Assembly: GCA_015231405.1 (NCBI GenBank)
Contig: JADGBR010000006.1
Span: 40,218 to 104,217 of the forward strand
Direction: 5' to 3'
Source of the DNA: Candidatus Omnitrophota bacterium
GTDB taxonomy: Bacteria; Omnitrophota; Gorgyraeia; Tantalellales; Tantalellaceae
DNA: 64,000 bases
Shown here in pieces: positions 29,962-38,700 of the stretch. A program made the position numbers and the translations under genes. Numbering within the stretch: the stretch's first letter is position 1; each line of letters starts with the position of its first letter. The notes below the pieces were generated by a model that did not search any database, was not told where the DNA came from, and worked only from the letters and a program-made list of their open reading frames with translations.

Positions 29962-30348
29962 TTACCCGTTCTGCTCAGCTCCTGGCTGGTCAATCACGCC
30001 GCCTTCCTGTTTCTTCTTTTGCCTGTACTGGCGCATGTAATCCCTCATATACTCCCGGTGCCTTTCCTTATTCGCTTCGCGGTAAAGCTGCAAATATTCT
30101 TTATGCTTTTTCCTCCATTCCAGCGACCTTTCCCTGCAGGTCTGCTTCCAGGATTTATCCTGGGATTCTTTGTACTTGAAGTAGTTCGGGTTGCTCTTCC
30201 TCCACTCCTTCATGTTCGACAGCTGCCTCTGGTACTGGCATTCGAGGCTTGAACAAACCGTCTGATTAGGCCGATATTTGTTCGGAACAAAAGGCTTACC
30301 GCAATTCTTGCAGCTCTTCTCTTTCCTTCTTATCTCATCCACAATCAC
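29962..30348 (-). CDS. Cys-rich small protein (putative zinc ribbon), hypothetical
   Basis: CKNCGKPF…CSSLEC pattern. It overlaps the ROK gene stop by 4 bp. Confidence 0.45.
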   Translation of the reverse strand: MIVDEIRRKEKSCKNCGKPFVPNKYRPNQTVCSSLECQYQRQLSNMKEWRKSNPNYFKYKESQDKSWKQTCRERSLEWRKKHKEYLQLYREANKERHREYMRDYMRQYRQKKKQEGGVIDQPGAEQNG

Positions 30349-31472
30349 ACCTCCATGAACATCTCGCGTCTACATAAAACGGCGGCCCCTACCGAAGCCG
30401 CCTCCTTGCCCAGAACACCCGGGACAATCCTTATTCTCTCGGAAATATCCTTTGAAACAAATCTTTTCAGGCTTTCCCTCATGCAGTCGATAAAGCCGCC
30501 TTCGACACGTTCGATCCCTCCGCCCAGGAGGACGCATTCGATACCGAACATATTAATGAGATATGCCACCCTTACCCCGAGCGCGGACGCGGACCTTTTG
30601 ACCAGGTCCACCGCCAGCTCATCCCCTTTTTCGGACGCCCGGAGAACTACATCCATGTTTATCCTGTCGATATCCCCTTTTACCATCTCGACTATCTCCG
30701 TGCCGACACCCCTTGAAACAAGGTCCTTCGTCGTAGCGACCATGCTGAACTGGTTCCAGGGTCTCAAATAGGCTCCCTGCCTCCCTTCGTTATATTCGTC
30801 AGCCTCGAATATAGATTCTTTTTTAAAAATTACGCCTATCCCTATGTCCGAATACATAAAGAGAACGCTGTCCTCCGATGCATTCGGGTTATATTCCCTG
30901 TCACCGTAACCGGAGGCCGTGGCGGATTTAGTATGAAATACCCTGGAAGAAAATATCCCGCTCACGCCCGAAGCCAGGACATCAACAGCCTTTTCGCTGA
31001 TAGCTAGGATGTCTTCCGGTACGGCGAGTCCAACGAATTCGAATTTTTCGGATTTGAACCTGGTTTTAAACGAGATCTCCTCCACTATCCCCGAAATATC
31101 TTTATTTTTCTTGTTCTTTTTGGTCAACAGATCTATATGCAGTTTTTCTTGAGCGATAATTTTTCCCCTCGTATCTATGGATGCCAGATACGCCGTCTCT
31201 TCGCGGCAACCGATACCAAGTATTTTATCTCCCGTATCCTTGACGCTCAACTTGCCTGAATTTGGTGCGCCTTCCAGAATTTCCTTTTTTACAAAAAAAT
31301 CAAGATAGTTAGAAATAAAATCAACTGAAAGTTTAGTGCTGTTAATGATCTCATCGACCGAAAACGCTTTCTTCTTTTTGATAAAATGAAATATCTCCAA
31401 AGCCATTTGCTCTTTTTCTGTTTCAGGCTGTATGCTGAAAGCTGCTGTATTGCTTTTAAAATTTTTAACCAT
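30345..31472 (-). CDS. ROK-family protein (N-terminal wHTH plus sugar-kinase fold); regulator or kinase
   Basis: C-terminal GVLGKEAASVGAAVL and a ROK glycine-rich region (LLGGGIERVEGGF). Confidence 0.65.
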   Translation of the reverse strand: MVKNFKSNTAAFSIQPETEKEQMALEIFHFIKKKKAFSVDEIINSTKLSVDFISNYLDFFVKKEILEGAPNSGKLSVKDTGDKILGIGCREETAYLASIDTRGKIIAQEKLHIDLLTKKNKKNKDISGIVEEISFKTRFKSEKFEFVGLAVPEDILAISEKAVDVLASGVSGIFSSRVFHTKSATASGYGDREYNPNASEDSVLFMYSDIGIGVIFKKESIFEADEYNEGRQGAYLRPWNQFSMVATTKDLVSRGVGTEIVEMVKGDIDRINMDVVLRASEKGDELAVDLVKRSASALGVRVAYLINMFGIECVLLGGGIERVEGGFIDCMRESLKRFVSKDISERIRIVPGVLGKEAASVGAAVLCRREMFMEV

Positions 31473-31611
31473 ATGATAGCAATCCGTAAACTTGAAACCC
31501 AGTTCCTAATAAATACCTTAACTTCTAACTTTTTCTGATAACATAACTATACATAACGAATTAGTAAAAGTCAATAGTTAGATTTAATTTATTCAATTAG
31601 GAATTTAGAAG

Positions 31612-31760
31612 CCAGAATTCAGAAGACAGAAGACAGAAGACAGAACCCAGAATAGTAGTGTCGAGATATGATCCCCGAGAAGAGTGCATTACCCCCCCCC
31701 CTCAACCGTTTATTCTGTATTCTATATTCTGTATTCTGGATTCTGAATTCTGAATTCCTG
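31612..31760. repeat. Long imperfect palindrome built of CAGAAT/CAGAAG hexamer repeats around a C10 homopolymer (31692-31701)
   Basis: Left arm ccagaattcagaagacagaagacagaagacagaacccagaatag. Right arm tattctgtattctatattctgtattctggattctgaattctgaattcc. Confidence 0.7.
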
Positions 31761-31816
31761 TTTCTTACTTCTTGACATCCCCCAAACACTATGTTATTTT
31801 ATTGCCTTAATACCGT

Positions 31817-31894
31817 GGCCCCATCGTCTAGCCTGGCCTAGGACGTCAGATTCTCATTCTGGTAACAGGGGTTCGAATCCCCTTGGGGCTACCA
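31817..31894 (+). tRNA. tRNA-Glu (anticodon CUC), CCA encoded
   Basis: Cloverleaf folded by hand. The acceptor is GGCCCCA/TGGGGCT. The anticodon stem is TCAGA/TCTGG around the loop TTCTCAT. The T-arm is GGTTCGAATCC. Confidence 0.85.
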
Positions 31895-31898
31895 CTCT

Positions 31899-31940
31899 AA
31901 AAAAGCTGTTCCATCACAAAAATGGAACAGCTTTTTTATT
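31899..31940 (+). terminator. Rho-independent terminator after tRNA-Glu
   Basis: Perfect 11-bp stem agctgttccat/atggaacagct, loop cacaaaa, then TTTTTT. Confidence 0.75.
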
Positions 31941-32045
31941 TAGAAAAGCCCCAAGGGGATTCGAAGGGAGATTTTGAGCCTTTAATACAGGTCAGATCCG
32001 AGCAAGCGAGGATTTGACTTACAACCGAAAAATCGGGTGGCCGAT

Positions 32046-32204
32046 CCGCCTTCGCCAAACTATTTTATGTTAATTGGCTTCGGCGGACAGGCCGTAGGGC
32101 GATCATATTTTCCGGCGTGAGCGATAGCGAGAGCCGGTAACATTATATGAGCCCGACTTGCCCGCCGTAGCCAGATACAATACAAATATTTTGGCGAAGG
32201 CGGG
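32046..32204. repeat. MITE/REP-like nested palindromic element (terminal inverted repeats ccgccttcgccaaactatttt / aaatattttggcgaaggcggg)
   Basis: Read directly. There is also an inner inverted pair ggcttcggcgg / ccgccgtagcc. Related copies lie at 52474-52519 and 59081-59102. Confidence 0.6.
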
Positions 32205-32248
32205 AGGCGCCGAATCCACTCTTCACGAAGCCTCGCGGTCAATAACGT

Positions 32249-35200
32249 TTAATTCGTCCTCAGATCCCTGGACCCGTCTGTCTGCACGGCGTAAGTGAAA
32301 GTCATCGTAACCATATCGTCGTCATTCATTCCGTCCTGATCGGCATTGACCGTGTCTATCCTCATTTTCGCGTAATAACCTTCCTGCGTTACTAAAAGAT
32401 AAACTTTGCCCGCGGTAGCCGGGCCATTGACTTCGTTCGTTATGTCCGGAGCGGTGGAGAGGCTGTCAAAAGTATAAGTCCCGGAAACATCCTGAATTTT
32501 AGCGTTTCCATATGTGAACAAGAGGTTCGGAAATTCGAGAACAAAATCTCCTACCGCGTCAGCCTGCGCCCCCGATGAAAAGAAAAACCCTCTGTCCATG
32601 TTGGAGGCCATCGGAAGGTCTACCGACGTTACCGTTCCTGTCCTTACGCTAAGTACCGAAGACACTCCTCCGGTTTCCTGTGTAGCGCCAGATCCGGGCT
32701 GCTCAGGGTTCCTCGTATCCCTGTCAACCCTGATAGCCTCGACGACGGCCTCGCCGAGTCCGCTGGACGAGGCTATTTCAGGAGAAAGCGTCGCGTATAT
32801 GAGATTGCCCTTAAGATTGTAGATCTTCATTTTACCGTCTTCCAGTAAAAATATCATTCGGGTCGAACCGCTTGTCCTCTGCTGCTGGCCAGTTTTCTTC
32901 GGTGTCTGGGTTTTCTGCCACCGTGTTTCGGCAATAAATAACGCGTTGTTCTTCTCTATACGGTCGATGAATATCGTAAGCCTTATATCGTCGAACATAT
33001 CAAAATCGAACCTGATCCCTTCTTCCAGAAATATCTTATTCCCCAGAAAATCCCTCGATATCAGAGAAGACACATTCGCGATATTTTTAGACTCGTAAGA
33101 ATCGGCTAATTCCTTAACGGCGTCCCTGATCAGCACGGTATGATCTATATCCCGGTAAACGAGCGTCTGTCCGTTCGAAAGGAGATCGAATACTTTTTCA
33201 TCGGACTCGAACTTAAGTTTGATCCGCGGAATGTACTGTTTTCCAGGGACAGGATGGAACGAATACCGGATTTGCCTGTCTACGGGTATTTCTTTAAATA
33301 CCGATCCGTCTTCCGATATAAGGACTGTCTTTATACCGTAAAGGTTATCGAGCCACGCGGTGATCTCTATAGTATTGTCGCGAAGTTCGCTCGAGGTAAG
33401 CACCATTTCGCCGGGAACATTGGGTATCGTGAGCGTGTTCACTCTCACGTCATACACCCTGTACCCGGACTTTTCAGCGTCTTCCTTCTCCCTTTTCTTC
33501 CTTTCTTCTTCCTCTTTCCTCTTTTCCTCATCGCGTTTAGCCGCGTATTCCGCGTCCATCCTGGCCTCATATATCTTCATCGACGCCTCTATAGCTTTAT
33601 TCGTCTCCGCGGAAAAGATCTTGTATATGGCCGGGGTCTTCCCTCCGTCAGGGGAGGCGTAGGCCTTAAGCCATTGGTCTAATATGGGCCGGTCGGCTTC
33701 TGCGTTGAGCGTGGAAGCGATAACGGCCCTTTTACCCATGGCTGTGACGTAATCGGAAGACGCGAACTCGTTACGGACTTTCAAGTTGATCTCGTCTATC
33801 TTAGGGAGAAAAGATATAAAGTCGTTGATCTCGTTCGCCACGCCGAAACTCGCGTTAGCTATCTCGGCGCATTTATTAAAAATATCCTCTCTTACCCTGG
33901 GATTCCCGTTCATGTCGACATCCCACAGGTCCTCGCCGTATTTATTCTCAGGGTTTATGACGCCTTGTTCGGGGTAGCCTTCAGCGATTACCCTCACCAG
34001 ACCGAGATCCGGATCGGAGTTAACTTTTTCCTCGAACTGCCAGCGGGTATTGAGAGCGAGCGCCGCGAGATGCCCCGCGCGCGAGGCGGGTTCACCCAAT
34101 ACCGCGAATTTCTTCCTTTCTTCTTCAAGAAAAGCTTTAACCTTAGCCCCATCGGCTCCGGAATCGAACATCTCGGCCACTTGCTTGCGTAGCTTAGCGA
34201 GATGCCGGTATGCGGAGGCGCTGTCTTCGAACCCGGCGGCTTTGGCCTCAACTATGACCGCCTTACCCTTATTTACGGCGAATATGGCCGCGTTCACCAC
34301 ATCGGCCGCGCCGGTAGAATATCTTTGAACGAATCCCCTGGCTTTTGATACCTTATTATCGAACTCAGAGCGCATAGCGGTGATATTCTTTTTATACACA
34401 TCATTCTCTTCCGGGATCCTCGCGATGATTTTATTTAAAGATATCGATTGAGATGAGGCTGAGGCGGTAAGATACTCCACATTGTAAGAGCCAGGGCTCA
34501 CTCCCAACCCCGCCAAAGCGTTCATAACAGGGGTCGCCTCCCCTTTAAGAGAAGAAACAAAATTGTCATATTCCACCGGATATCTCCGGATTACAGGAAG
34601 CAGATCGTCGTTAACCTTAATGATGACCCCGTAAAAATTCATTTCCTGAGTAAGCTCCTGGGGGCCCATGCCTCTTATGACCTGAGGAGCTAAAAGCTCA
34701 GGCAAGGCGTAGCTCGAGCTTTTTCCCTCAAGAGGATTATGGTTCCCACCCTTGAAGGAAGCCTTAGCTTCCTTGTTAAGTTCCGCGCCTATCTCCTCGA
34801 ACTTCTTTCGCCCGGCGGCTTCTATATTGTAGAGCGCTGTTTGATATGAAGCTATGAGCGCCTGCCGCTCCGCCTCATCTTTGACATGTGCCGGCGCAGG
34901 CGTAATATTAATTTTCCCTTTTTCTTTCCCGGCTGAATTGATCTCACCGTCTTTCTTTGCCGCCATCTCAATTTCAGCGGCTGATAACCTTTTCTTGAGC
35001 TCTTCCAGGCGTTTCCCCAGCCTATCGTCCTCTTCCGCTACACGGGGACGCTCGCTATCGATATCGGCTTTTGTCCTATCCAGATTTTTTCTGAGCTCGT
35101 ATATCTTTTTTTTGGCGTTCTCAATGGCTTCTAGGACATAATAGAACTTCCTATAAATAAGGCCCGTCTCTCCGAGATCGTCCGGGTTCTCCCCTTCTCT

Positions 35201-35737
35201 CATCACCTTGATCTTAAGATCGATGGCGTCCATGCTCAACGTTTTTTGGACTTCCGCGATCTCCGGAAGCAGCTTCTGGGCTCCTTCGCTCAGCCCCTGT
35301 ACGACTTTTTTGTAGGGGGAGAGCATACTGTCCTGCATCTGGTCCGACGCGTATTCGCAGGCGCAGGCGAGGATGATCAGCTTAATGGACTGCTGGGCGA
35401 AACCCAGCACAAGATTGACTTTCTGATACGTGTCAAACCCGAGCTTTATAGTGGATTTAATAAGGTTTTTCTGCAAGAGGTCCCTCATCCTCTTTTCGAG
35501 AGCGTCGAGCTCGTCATAGGCCTTGCCAAGGGACTCTACCATGCCAGGATAATTCTTCAGGAATTCATCCATACGGACAAGGGCGTCGTGGACTATCTTG
35601 TATTTCGCCTCGGTCTCGCGTATCTCGTTCTGGAGGTAATAAGCATCCTCCGCTGCGAACGCGTCAGGGGCTGTTCCCGGCATTGACGACAAAACCATAG
35701 AAAAGGACAAAATCGCTCTGACTGTTTTTCTGATCAT
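32249..35737 (-). CDS. Giant secreted paralog A: signal peptide, KE-rich coiled coil, conserved C-terminal module of about 350 aa including an NTF2-like domain
   Basis: 1162 aa. Signal peptide MIRKTVRAILSFSMVLSSMPGTAPDAFAAED. The C-terminal block (…LISRDFLGNKIFLEEGIRFDFDMFDDIRLTIFIDRIE…MIFLLEDGKMKIYNLKGNLIYATLSPEIASSSGL…) is shared with paralogs B and C. Confidence 0.7.
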   Translation of the reverse strand: MIRKTVRAILSFSMVLSSMPGTAPDAFAAEDAYYLQNEIRETEAKYKIVHDALVRMDEFLKNYPGMVESLGKAYDELDALEKRMRDLLQKNLIKSTIKLGFDTYQKVNLVLGFAQQSIKLIILACACEYASDQMQDSMLSPYKKVVQGLSEGAQKLLPEIAEVQKTLSMDAIDLKIKVMREGENPDDLGETGLIYRKFYYVLEAIENAKKKIYELRKNLDRTKADIDSERPRVAEEDDRLGKRLEELKKRLSAAEIEMAAKKDGEINSAGKEKGKINITPAPAHVKDEAERQALIASYQTALYNIEAAGRKKFEEIGAELNKEAKASFKGGNHNPLEGKSSSYALPELLAPQVIRGMGPQELTQEMNFYGVIIKVNDDLLPVIRRYPVEYDNFVSSLKGEATPVMNALAGLGVSPGSYNVEYLTASASSQSISLNKIIARIPEENDVYKKNITAMRSEFDNKVSKARGFVQRYSTGAADVVNAAIFAVNKGKAVIVEAKAAGFEDSASAYRHLAKLRKQVAEMFDSGADGAKVKAFLEEERKKFAVLGEPASRAGHLAALALNTRWQFEEKVNSDPDLGLVRVIAEGYPEQGVINPENKYGEDLWDVDMNGNPRVREDIFNKCAEIANASFGVANEINDFISFLPKIDEINLKVRNEFASSDYVTAMGKRAVIASTLNAEADRPILDQWLKAYASPDGGKTPAIYKIFSAETNKAIEASMKIYEARMDAEYAAKRDEEKRKEEEERKKREKEDAEKSGYRVYDVRVNTLTIPNVPGEMVLTSSELRDNTIEITAWLDNLYGIKTVLISEDGSVFKEIPVDRQIRYSFHPVPGKQYIPRIKLKFESDEKVFDLLSNGQTLVYRDIDHTVLIRDAVKELADSYESKNIANVSSLISRDFLGNKIFLEEGIRFDFDMFDDIRLTIFIDRIEKNNALFIAETRWQKTQTPKKTGQQQRTSGSTRMIFLLEDGKMKIYNLKGNLIYATLSPEIASSSGLGEAVVEAIRVDRDTRNPEQPGSGATQETGGVSSVLSVRTGTVTSVDLPMASNMDRGFFFSSGAQADAVGDFVLEFPNLLFTYGNAKIQDVSGTYTFDSLSTAPDITNEVNGPATAGKVYLLVTQEGYYAKMRIDTVNADQDGMNDDDMVTMTFTYAVQTDGSRDLRTN

Positions 35738-35799
35738 GTAAGTTAACCTCCAAATTGATAGTTCTGTACCGATATGCCTGAAGACCCGAAAACTTTGTT

Positions 35800-38700
35800 C
35801 TAAAAATTCCTCGACCCGTCGCGCTGGTACTTGTACCTGACTACCGTCGTGAACGGAAAGGCGGCCGCCGTCATGCTCGTTATCGATATGATCGCGTACT
35901 TCCCGTCGGGAAGCTGGAGCGCGTAAGTATGTCCCGTCGCCGCGTCAAGCCATCCTCCGGCATCATATCCTGAAGACGGCGCTTCGGTGACGCTGTCAAT
36001 AGATACCCCGCCGAGATCCACGATCCCTCCTGACGGATTTACCTTAATAAAAACGTCCTCTCTCCTGAAATCCGAGCTAAAAGCGAAAATATCCCTGGTT
36101 ACAGCGCTACACGCGAAAGTGTAGCCGTCGCAATCATGGAAACCGTATTGCGTAAGCGTTACCGACCCTGACTCCGACCTGGCACTCGTTCCGTCCGCGG
36201 TTTCGGTATCCGTATCGCCCTCAGTTGTCCCCGCTCCGGGCTGGACCGGGTCACGGTCGTCCCTGGCTGCCCTGACCTCATCGATGACCGTAACTCCTAA
36301 CCCGCTCGATTCGGCTATCTCCGGGGAAAGCGTCGCGTATATCAGGTTCCCTTTAAGGTTCTTTAGCTTCATCTTCCCGTCCTCGAACGCGAATATCATA
36401 GAAGTGTTCCCGGAAGTTTTCTGCTCCTGGCCGGTCTTTCTCGGACTTTGCGTTTTGTTCCATTTCGTATCTGCTATGAAATATGCCCCGCCCTTCTCTA
36501 TCCTGTTAATAAAAATGGCAAGCCTTATGCTGGAGAACATATCAAAATCAAACCTCACGCCTTCCTCAAGAAAAGTCCTGTTCCCGAGAAAATCATCGGA
36601 AACATATTCGCTGAAAGCCGATACGTTCTGCTGTTCGTATGCGTTGGCTATCGCCATGATAGAGTCCTGGACCAGCTTTACAAAATCAATATCCTTATAC
36701 GTAATGCTTTGGACATACGGGAAAAGCTCCTGGGTCACTTCTCCGGCTTCACCCATATCTATCCTTAAGATAAAGGTGTACTCGGCGTCAGGCGTCGGGG
36801 CAAAAGAATATTTCACATCTGCGCTATTCTGGATCTTCGTCCAGCTCCTGCCGCCATCCACTGAGATCTCGACGCCCCGTGATCCCGCGACTGTAGAAAG
36901 CTTCCCGGCGACCTCTATCTTACCGTTCTTGAGGTCCATTTTAGAAAGAACCACTGTTTGAGGCATGCTAGCCGCGTTGTATTTGTTAAGCGTCGCGCTC
37001 AGGACTTGTATGGCCTGCCGGCCGGCTTCATCCTCCGCTTCCTTCTTCTTTCTCTCCTCCTCTTCCTTCTTTTTCCTCGCCGCTTCTTCTTCCGCGGCTT
37101 GACGTTCCCGTTCCCATCGTTTTTCTTCATCTATTTTGTCCTGGCCGGACTTTTTGAGCTCATCCTCCACCTCTTTCTCCAGGGCCATCCATCCGCCTAA
37201 GGATTTCTCAATTGCGTCTGTCTTCGCGAACATGGAATATAGCCGGACGAAATGTGAAACATTCTCCTTCTGGAATTTCTCGAGCTGCTTGATCTTTTCC
37301 TGGACATTGTAGCTGTTCTTCTTAATATCGTCGAATTTCTGCTTCGCCTCGCCAAGATATTTATCGGCCAGTGCCGCCCTCTCGTCAAAAGTCTTTTTGA
37401 CAGTTTCGTAGGTCTCCTGGTACACCTTTATCCTGTCGGGTATGGTCAACCATTTATCAAGCGGAGGGTAGTAGGACTGGGCGAAATCGAATCTATACCT
37501 GATATTTGTCCCTATGCCTTTACGCAGGTTGTCCAGCTTAGAGACGAGATCGCTGTATTTCGCCCAGGCCTCTTTCATCTGTTCCAGGTACGCATACCCT
37601 CGCATCTTTTCGGGCAGGGTGTACATAAAAGCTGAGTTATCCGGCATAATGTACATATCGCTCTGCCTTCTTATTTCCTGTTCAAGCGTAAGATCAGAAA
37701 GGCGCAGCATGAACATATCCAGGGTGATATCGTAGTATATCCTGGCATACGCCGAGGCCACCTGGTCCGCGTGCTCTATCGTAAAAAGATCGCTTTCTCT
37801 CTTTGCAACGGCTGCTATGGCCTTATCCATTTCCTCGAGTATATCCTTTCTCTCCATCACCTTCGCCTGCGCCTCGGCGTCGTTATCTCCTCCCCACACC
37901 CTCGGGATACCCACGCTTTCGGCAGGAAGTATCTCCCCTCCCAGTTGCGCGTTATAGAACTGGCTTGTGGAAACGATATTTTCAAATCCCCACGACTGTT
38001 TACCGTCATATGGGATGAGCAGTCTTTTCGGCATTGAGCTCTCAAAACTTTTCGCGATGCTGATAGCGGACGCCGCGTATTGTTCGAATGCTTTTTTTTC
38101 TTTCGCGTAGAGTTCGGCCGCGGCTGACCTGTCTCCGGAAAGGTCCACTTTCATCTGTTGCACCTCTACAAGCTCCCGTGACGCGTCGCCGGGCATCTCG
38201 TATACGAGACCTTCCCGAGCGGCCATGTTCTCGGATATGATGGTGTAGAAATAGGCGGATCCCCATCCATCGGGAAAATTCAATTTGGTAAGGGCCTCCT
38301 GGGATGTCTCGCTGCCGGCTTTCCGATAGGCTTCCACGGCTTTATCGAGCTCTTCCCTGATCTTTTCGGCCTTTTCCCTCATATAAGCCCTCATCTTACT
38401 TCCCCGCTCGAGAGCTTCCGCGACAATGACCTGCTCTTCGGCGCATAGCACCTTGTAATCATTATAGAACTGCCCCTCGACTATACTGCCCCAGGCCCGA
38501 TTCATATAAGGCCCGCGCGCCGCATTGTACACATCGGATAACGCGTTACTCTGGGCGACAAGCGCGTCGTGTTCCGCTCTATTCCTGGCATTTTGGATCC
38601 TTGCCCAGATCGCGGCGAACTGAGGGTCATATTGTGCGGCGAGGGCCGCTAGGATCTCATTCGCCTTCCGTTTGCCGTCATCCATTTTCTTACTGGCCGC

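Noticed and set aside
32060-32242. 60-aa minus-strand ORF (MTARLREEWIRRLPPSPKYLYCIWLRRASRAHIM…)
   Set aside because: It lies entirely within the nested palindromic MITE-like element. Its composition is dictated by the GC-rich inverted repeats, so it is unlikely to be a gene.
31817-32250. Integrative element (integrase or prophage) at the tRNA-Glu attachment site
   Set aside because: An inverted tRNA 3'-end copy and a MITE-like palindrome are present. However, no integrase, recombinase, transposase or phage structural gene is recognisable anywhere in the 64 kb, so I report only the scar-like features.
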